Source: Bradymonadia bacterium
Lineage (GTDB): Bacteria > Myxococcota_A > Bradymonadia > UBA7976 > UBA1532
Assembly: GCA_046290225.1 (NCBI GenBank)
Contig: JBKAGE010000078.1
Location: 352,001 to 416,000 of the forward strand
Reading direction: 5' to 3'
DNA length: 64,000 nt
Shown here: positions 52,968-61,900 of the stretch, piece by piece
How the letters are laid out: every line of letters begins with the position of its first letter
Position numbering within the stretch: the first letter of the stretch is position 1
Notes under the pieces: generated by a model
The model's database searches: none
What the model was told of the DNA's origin: nothing
Seen by the model: the letters and a program-made list of their open reading frames with translations, nothing else
Translations under genes and position numbers: made by a program

Positions 52968-55900
52968 TCACAGGCGGGCGAGGGCCGCCTTGCTCTCTTC
53001 ATGGGCGGGATCGAACCCGAGGGCCCGGTTGTACATGTCCCGAGCCTTCCGGGCATCACCCATTTGCTCACGGATCACACCGAGGTTGTAGAAGACGTCG
53101 ACCTTCTCTGCGGGGGTCTTCATCTTCATCTGGTGCAGCAACATCGTCTGGAAGATCTTGAGGGCTCGGGGCCACTCGGCACGATCGACGTAGATGTGGC
53201 CCAGGCGAGAGAGGTTGGGCAGATAGGTGGCGTCGTACTCGAAGCAGGCGGTGTAAGCCTCGAGGGCTGCCTCCTGATCACCGCGGGCCTCGTAGATGCG
53301 CCCGAGGTGGAAGTTGTACTTGAAGAGGGCCTTGAAGCGCCGACGAGACTTCAGATCATCGATGATGCCCCGAATCACGGGCTCGGCATCATCGCCTCGA
53401 TCGGCGTCGAGGTAGGCCTCGATGAGCTGATCAGCCACCTGTAAATCGTTCGACTGGAGCCCATACGCCGCCTCGAGGTGACCGAGGGCAGCGCCATGAT
53501 CACCGGTGCCCTTGCACAGTGCACCGAGGGTGAGCAGAGCGGGTACCCGCGCTTCGCCTTCGAGGGCTGCGAGCTTGAGCGTGTTGAGCTCGATGAGCGC
53601 TGCGGTGTCATCCGAGCCGTCTTCGTGGGCGCCGGTGGCCAGCTGAATCAGGCGATCGATGGCCACGACGTCGCTGGCCTCGTCCACGGCCTTCTGCAAG
53701 GCAGCCTTGCCACCTTCGACATCGTCGAGCTGGTCGAGGCGCAGCAAGCCCAGGCGCCGCCAGGACTCCGCACGATCAGGACCCTCTGGTGCATGCTCGA
53801 TGGCCTTCTCCAGGACCTCGGCGCAGGCGGCCCACTCCCCGGAGGTCTCGTGGAGCGAGGCGAGTCGGTTGAGGGCGCCGGGGTGGTGATCGTCCACGGC
53901 GAGCACAGCGTTGAGGTGCTCCACCGCTCGACCCATGTCGTGCAGGTGCAGCTCGCAGACTTCGGCCATCTCAAGGTGCAGCTTCAGCACTCGATCCTGA
54001 TCGCCCTGGTCGCGAATGGCGTCCAGGTGCTCGTTGAGGGTGTCCACCAGATCGTACCAGCGGTCTGACTGCCGATAGAGCCCGGTGAGCTTCTCGAAGG
54101 CACCCTGGTGATCCGAGCGCTGGGCGAGGGCCTGCCGGTAGTACTCCATGGCGTCGTCGCGTCGCTGGAGCCGCTCTTCGGCGTTGTCACCCATGGCCAT
54201 GAGCACGTCGAAGCGCTTGGACTCGTCCTCTGCTGCGGTCATCTCCTTGACGTAGACATCTTGCAGGCGATCCCACGAAGCCAGCTGCGTGTAGAGCTGG
54301 GTGAGGGCGGCGAGGGACTCAGCGTCTCCGGCGTCGTGATCGAGGGCCCGCTCGAAGGCGTCTGCGGCGCGCTCGATGTCGTCGAGGGCGTCGCGGCACA
54401 AGACCCCGATCCTGCGGTGCAGGCCGATGAGCTCCTCAGAGTCCATCGTGACGTCGACTCGACGCTCGAGGATGCCCACGAGATCGCTGTGGCGACCGTG
54501 GCCCTCGAAGAGGCCCTCCAGGGCGCCGAGGGCGTCGGCGTCGGCGTCGTCGATGTCGAGGATCTCTTCATAGGCGCTCACGGCGCCGTCGAGATCTTCC
54601 AAGGCCTCAGCACACAGGGCGCCGAGCTTGAGCAGACGGGCCTTCTTCTCGTCGAGGTCGAAGAGGCTCGCAGCCCGTACCCGGTGCACCTCTGCCAGGG
54701 CCGACCAGCTCTCGGCTTCGGTGTAGAGGGCCTCGAGGGCGGTGAGGGCGTCGTCGTTCTCCCCATCGTAGTCGAGGGCCACCTGGTAGTGGCGTACGGC
54801 CTCGCCGAGATCGCCGATCTCGTCGCGACACCACTGCGCCATCCGAATTTGATCTTCGAGGCGCAGGTCGACGTCGTTGATGGCGTCCTGAGCGTGCTCG
54901 ATGGCTTCGATCATCGACGACCACGCCTTCAGCTCGGCGCCGAGGCGCAGGAACTCGCCGCGGACATCCTCGTCTTCAGGATCTTCCACGAAGGCGAGCC
55001 GCTGAGCCTGGAAGGCCCCCTCGGTGTCGGTGAGGTTGCCCTCGCGGATCTGCGCGATCTGCCCCCAGAGGGTGGCGCGATCTCGCGCATCATCGGCGAG
55101 CTCCACCCGCATCTCGGTGAGGATGGCCACCTTCTCCCACAGCTCGGCTTCGCGATAGATCGGGTCGAGGACCTCGGCGACGGCCTCGCGATGCTCGAGG
55201 TTCACCGCGAGACGCTCCATGGCCTCAAGGGCGTACCGATGGTCTGCCTGATCCCACAGCACCTGACGGTAGAGCGTCAGAGCGCCGGCGAGATCGCCCT
55301 CCACAGCCTCGAGCAGGTAGCCGAGGCGGAAGCGCAGCTCCACCATCTCGCCCTCTTCGGCGAGTTCGATACGGGACCGCAGGATCTCGATGAGGGCGGG
55401 CCAGTCCTGCTGGCCGAGGTACAAGGCGTCGAGGGCCTTGAGGGCCTCTGCGTCGTACGGATCAGCCCGGAGCACCGCGCGCCAGGCATCGATGGCCTGA
55501 ATCGGCTCGGAGAGCTCCTGCTCGTAAATGAGCGCCAGTTTGCGGCTCAGAGCCTGGGAGACTGTGGCGTCGAGCACAGCGGCCGCCTGGCCGGCGTACA
55601 ACTCTGCCACGCGATCGAAGGCCTGCAGCTCGGCCCCGAGGGTGTCGAGAGCCTGCACCACCTCTGCCTCGGTGGGATCTTCCTGGAACGCGAGGCCGAA
55701 GAAGTCGAAGGCACCCTGAGCATCACCGAGGTGATCTCGGTGGATGCGGGCGAGACGGCAGAACAACGTGAGGCGCTCGGCCCGCTCCTGAGTCTCTTCG
55801 AGCTGAAGCTCGAGGATACGGGCGAGGGCTTCATGGGCCTCGACGGCGCTGTAGTGCCGCTCGAGCACGCGGCTGGCCTGCAGCCGATGATCGTAGTCAT

Positions 55901-58900
55901 CCAGAAGGCCCTCAAGGGCCTCCACGGCCTGAGGCGTGGTCTCGGCATCGTCGGGGCGCCGATCGAGCAGCTCTCCATACATCTCGATGGCCTGAGCGAT
56001 CTGCCCGAGGTGCGCTCTGAGCACCTCGCCGATGGCCAGGTCGAGCACGTCGAGGGCCGTACTCTCGGGATCGCTCTCGACACAGTGAGCCCGCTCGCCT
56101 TCGAGCAGATCGATGAGCTCGCCCCAGCGGGTCTCCGCGCGGTAGAGCCGCTTGAGAGACTCGATGGCCCGCTCGTCCCGAGGGGCCGCCTCTCTCACGG
56201 AGCGCCAGGTGAAGATGGCCTCGTCGACATCTTCGAGGCGGACCTCGCACAGATCGGCGATCCGGTACTGCAGCTGCCGGCGGCCCTCGTCGTCGAGAGG
56301 CGCCACTTCGAGCTTCTCTCGGAGCGCGTTGGTGAGCTGGTCCCAGTCTTCGATGTGGGTGTAGAGCGCCGCGAGGGCGTCGAGGGCCTGCACGTGCTCG
56401 GGATCTTCGTCGAGGACCCGGCGCCATGTGTCGATGGCCTCACTGGGGCGATCCAACTCCGCAGTGTGGAGATGCGCCATACGCTCCAGCAAGGCGATCT
56501 TGGCGGGGGTCTCGCTGACGATCTCGGCCTTGCGTCCGAGGATCTCAACGAGGCCCTCGTGGTCGTGATGTCGCGTGTAGATGCCCTCAAGGGCATCGAG
56601 GGCACTCATCCGGCTGTCGTCGATGAGCAGCACACGTCGGTAGCACTCCACCGCAGGCTCGTCAGCACCGAGGCGCGTCTCGTACACCCCGGCCACCTTG
56701 TGGAGGATCTCCGCAGCAGCTTCGAGATCACCGAAGGACTCGATGCCACCCAGGTAGGCCTCCACGAGGGGCTGCCAGGCCTCGATCTCACCGGCAATCC
56801 GGTCCAGAGGGGCTTGCAGGTCGGGGTTGCCGTAGTCCTCGGCGAATGCACGACGCCAGGCATCGAAGGCGGCAACTTTGTCGGCGAGCCGCTCTTCCTG
56901 AGCCTTGGCCATGCGGCTGAGGATCTCCACCCGGCCCCAAGGCTCGCTCACGAAGCGCAGCTGCACCTCGAGCACGATGATCCAATCCTGCCAGCGATCC
57001 TGATCGGCATAGATGGGCTCAAGCAGACGCGCCACGTGGTCCTGCAAGGGCATCGGCGGATCATCGGAGAGGGTCTCGAGCATCTGCTCGAGGGACTCCA
57101 AGGCCACAGCATGCTGTGGATCATCTTCCACGATGACCGTATGCCAGGCCTCGATGGCCCCGGCCTGATCGCCGAGACGCAGGTTGAGCACGTCGCCCAG
57201 GCGGGTGCGCAACCCGGCCCGGGTCGCGGCCTCATCAGCATGATCGATCTGAGCGCTGATCAGCTCTGCCTGCTCAGCCCAGCGGGCCTCACGGGTGAGC
57301 AGCCGCTCCACGTCGTCGAAAGCGGGCACGTTGCCCGGCTCGATCTCCCTCACCCGACGGAGCGCGCCGAGGGCCCGGTCCACATCGCCGAGGGTCTCGT
57401 CGAGCAGGCCCGCAGCCTTGAAGAGCAAGCTCTTCTGATCTTCGACGGCCTCCTCCGCTTCGGCGCGGTTGAGGTAGAGGGCCACGAGATCCTCGAAGGC
57501 CTCGGTGCGGGTGTAGAGCGCCACCAGAAGCTCGATGGCCTTCTGATGACCAGGCTCGATCTCCAGGACTGCCCGGTAGCAATCACGGGCGGCTTCGTCG
57601 AGGCCGCGGATCTGCTCCTCGATGTGACCGAGCTCGAGGTAGAGCACCACCTTCAACGCCGGATCGGCGATCTCTCCGATGACATCGTGATAGGCGTTGA
57701 CGAGCCGATCGAGGGTGAGCGCCGCCTGGGCGAGGCGGGTGGCCTCTGCACGGTTGGCTTCCAGCGCAGGGGCCAGGGGGAAGGCACGAATGCACGCGCC
57801 GAAGGCCGCGGCGTCGTCACCGAGGCGGCCGCTGTGGATCTCGGCGATCTCCCGGAGAAGGGTCACCCGGGCCTCAGTCTCCACCTCAGGATCTCGCTGA
57901 CGGGCCTCGAGCACCAGAACCAGGGCTGCGAACTGCTCGTCCCGGCGATAGTGGGGCTCGAGGATCAAGCCTGCACTCAATGTGCTGATGCCCGCCTGTG
58001 CAGCGCGGTCTTCTTCGCCGAAGAGTGCCTCGAGGGCGCCGCGGGCGGCCTCGTGGGCCGACATCCGATCGAGGATGCCCTTGTAGATGCCCAGGGCCTT
58101 CTCACCTTCACCGAGGTGACGCTCCCATGCCTCGCCGAGCTTGAACTCCAAGTCGGCACGAGCGGGATCTTCAGTGACGTCACCGAGGCGGGCTTCGTAC
58201 AACTGCGTCAGCTCGGGCCAGCGCTCCGAGAGTGAGAGCAGGCGCTCGAGCTCGGTGAAGGCCCCCACGTCATGACGATCGTCGGCGAGCACGCTGCGCC
58301 ATGTATCGATGGCCTCGGGGAGATCGCCGAGGCGAGTCTCCCAGATGCCTGCCCGGCGAGCACGCAAGCTCCGACGGCTCTCGGCCTCTGCGGTGCGCTC
58401 CGCCTTCTCGGCGAGGATCTGCACCAGGGCCACGTCGTCACCCACCTGGTCGTAGAGGACCTCGAGGGCGTCGAGGGCCCGAGGCTCACCTTCAACGAGG
58501 GCGAGCACCTGACGGTACTCTTCGATGGCCCTGTTCACGTCGTCGAGATGCGTATGGGCGATCTCGGCGATCTTGAGGTGCACCGTCACCGCCTCGGTCT
58601 CGTCGGTCATGGAGATCTCGCTGAGCAGGTCAGCGAGCTCACCATAGCTGTCCGTGGTCCCGGCGAGCCGCTCCAGGCCCTCGCGGATGTCGGCACGACC
58701 ACCGCTCGACGTATAGGCCTCGCTCAGCGTCTCGAAGGCCGAGACCGGCTGCTCAAGGGCCTCTTCTTCGAGGATGGCGATCTGCAAGAGCGTGGGGATC
58801 TGCTCTTCTTCAGGCCGATCGGCGAGGGTGAGACGCAGCGTGTCGCGGAGAGCGAGGTGATGCCCTGCAGCGGTGTAGATGGGCTCCAGGCTCCTGCAGG

Positions 58901-61900
58901 CCGCCAATCGCACCTCGGGGGCTTCGAGCAGGGACTCGAGGCCATCGCGGGCACCGCCGTGGTCCGGCGTACGGGCCACGATGTGGTTGAAGCACGCCAG
59001 TGCTTCTTCGGGCTGCCCCAAAGGACCCCAAAGCAGACGACCCATGCGCAGCTCGAAGGCGTTGCGGCCATCGTCGCCTTCGGCGAGGCCAAGCTCCCGC
59101 GTCAGAATCTCCAGGAGCGCCTCATGACGCTCCAGCTCCGAGAACAGGCGATCCAGCTCGCCGAGGGCTCGGGTGTCTTCGGCATCGAGTTCGAGGATGT
59201 CGCGATACACCGAGACGGCGTCGTCACGCTCCTCAAGGGGCTGCTCCAAAAGGGCCGCCGCCTTGAACAAGAGCGCCTTGCGATCTTCGACGGCCTCTGC
59301 CCGAGCACCATGGTCGAGCAGAACCTCCACGAGGGCCCGGTGATCTTCTACTGCGGTGAAGAGCCGCTCCAGCGCCACGTGGGCATCCAGCCCCTCAGGG
59401 CGGAGCGCGCGGATCTGGCTCCATGCCTTGATGGCCTGTCGTGGGGCCTCGAGCTCACTCTCGTACACCTGAGCGAGGCGCACGAGCAGAGCCACCCGGG
59501 GATCCTCTTCAGCCTCGAGCACCACCCGGCGCTCCAGGATCTCGGCGAGGGCGTCGGCGTCGCCGACCTTGAAGTACAGCGCGTCGAGTCGAGCCAGGGC
59601 TTCGGTGTCTTCAGGGAAGAGATCGAGCAGCCGCACGAGGGCGGCGATGGCCTCATTGGCCTCGTCGAGGCGGCGATCGTAGAGCACGGAGATGAGGGCC
59701 AGCATGCTGCGCTGCACCTCGGCCTCGATGTCACAGCCCTCTACGTCGAGGGGACCGCGGAGCACCTGCACCAGAGCAGGCCAGCCCTCAGTCATGGCGG
59801 CGAGCCGCTGAAGCTCGGCGAGCACCTGGGGGTTGCCGTAGTCGTCCTCGAAGGCCTCGGAGTAAACCACGAGCGCGCCGGGCTGATCGTGGAGCCGGTG
59901 CTCCTTCAGCTCGGCGATGCGGCTGCGCAGGGCCACGCGATCGGCAGGCGTCTCGGCGTCGCTCAGGCGCACCTCGGCGAGGTGAATGCACAACGCCCAG
60001 GCTTCTCGCTGTGTATAGATGGGCGAGAGCAAATCACAGACGTGGGCTCGCAGCTGAGGCCCATCAGCGTGCTCGGTGTCACCCTGCAGGTGCGCCAGCA
60101 TGTGCTCCACGGCCTCCAGCGAAGGCCGGTGCTCAGTGTCGAGGGTGAAGACCTCGCCGTAGCAGACCAGTGCACCTTCGAGATCACCGAGCTGATGCTC
60201 GAGGACCTGAGCGAGCTGGTACAGCAGCTCCACCCGGGCCTGCGTCTCTTCGGCGGCGTCGGTGATCTCCAAACGCCGGCGGAGCAGCCCCGCGAGATCG
60301 GCGTGACGGCCGGTGTTGCGGAAGATGCGCTCCAAGGCGTTGAGCGCCCGGCCCTGACGGGGATCGATGTCGAGGATCCGCCGCAGGGCCACCACGGCGG
60401 CCTCGGGATCTTCGAGGACCTCTTCCCAGAGATCAGCCACCCGGAAGAGAACAGGGATCTGAGCCTCGCCTTCGAGGCAGGCCACCTTGCGCTCGCACAC
60501 CCCGACGAGGCCACGCCAGTCTTCGAGTCGAGTGTTCAGGCGGTCGAGGATCTCAAGGACCTCGAGGGTGTCTCCCTCAGCCCCGGCGAGGGTCTCGAGG
60601 GTGAGCCGGGCCCCCTGAACATCGGAGAGGCGCTCTTCCTGCAGTAGGGCCACTCGACGGCTGTAGGCCGGGGCCTGCTCGCCGCTGAGCGTCACCTGAT
60701 CGCCGGCCACGGCGAAGGTCTGGTACACCTCCACCAGCTGAGCCCAGAGGCGATGAGCGGCAGCGATGGCCTCCAGCTCTCCCCGAACCTCTTCGTCAGA
60801 CGGATCAAAGTTGAGCAGACGCGCGTAGGCCTCGAAGGCCCCGTCGTGATCCGCCAGGGCATCGCGGCGCAGCGCCGCCAGCTCAGCGAGGCGCGCCCGT
60901 CGCTTCTCCTCGAAGGAGCCCTCACCCTCAGCGTCGACGAGCAGGCTCAATACCCGATGCAGCCCGAAGGCATCTCCGGCAGCCCGTAGATGAGGCTCGA
61001 GTACCTCGGCCGCATCGGCGGAGAGGGGGCCGTTGAGGTGAGCAGCGAGGGCCTCGATGGCCCCAGCGTGGGTGCCTTCGATGGCCAGGACCTCGCCATA
61101 TCGACCAATGGCGTGATCACCGTGCCCGGTCTCCTCGCAGAGCCCACCGAGCCGCATGAGCAGCTCAGCCCGACGTGGGGCAGCCTCGGTGAGGGCCAGC
61201 TCCTGCTCGAGGTAACCCACCAGGGCTTCTTGCTCACCTGCCACAGCCGAAAGGCGCTGCAGGCCTTGAATCGCGTCGAGGTGAGAGGGCTCCAGGGCCA
61301 GGATGCCCGTGTAGGCCGCCTGAGCTGCAGCGGCATCTTCTCGCACGTTCTCGTGCAGGCCGCCGATGGCGGTGAGAATCTCCACCTGCGCGGTGGCATC
61401 GCCCTCAGCAGCGTCGAGCTGCGCGGTGTAGATGCCCAGCAGCTCTTCGGATGCGCCGAGGCCCTGGTACAGGCCAGCCAGAGCCCCGAGGACCTCGGGG
61501 CTGTCGCCGGAAAGCTCTCGTACACGCTCGTAGTGCGCCACAGCCTGGGCCGGCTCGTTGAGCGGGCCTGCGTTCATGTGGGCCAGGGCGCGGTGCATCT
61601 CCACCTCGACCTCTGGGGTCTGCACCGAGCGGACCAGCACGCCGAGCAAGTCGGTGAGCGGGCCCCACTGCTCACCGGCCTCGGCGATGCGGATCGCCTC
61701 CGACAGACACGCGGCATCTTCGGGCTGGCGCTGGAGCGCATTGGCCCGCCACATGTAGGCCGCCGGGAGATCTTCGCGCTTGTGCTCGTGGATCTCTGCG
61801 AGGGTCTGCATCAGCGTTTGAGGATCACCGTGCTCGTGATCGAGCTGCACCTCGAGGGTGTCCACCAGCTCGTCCCATTGGGCGGTCTGCTCGTAGTGCG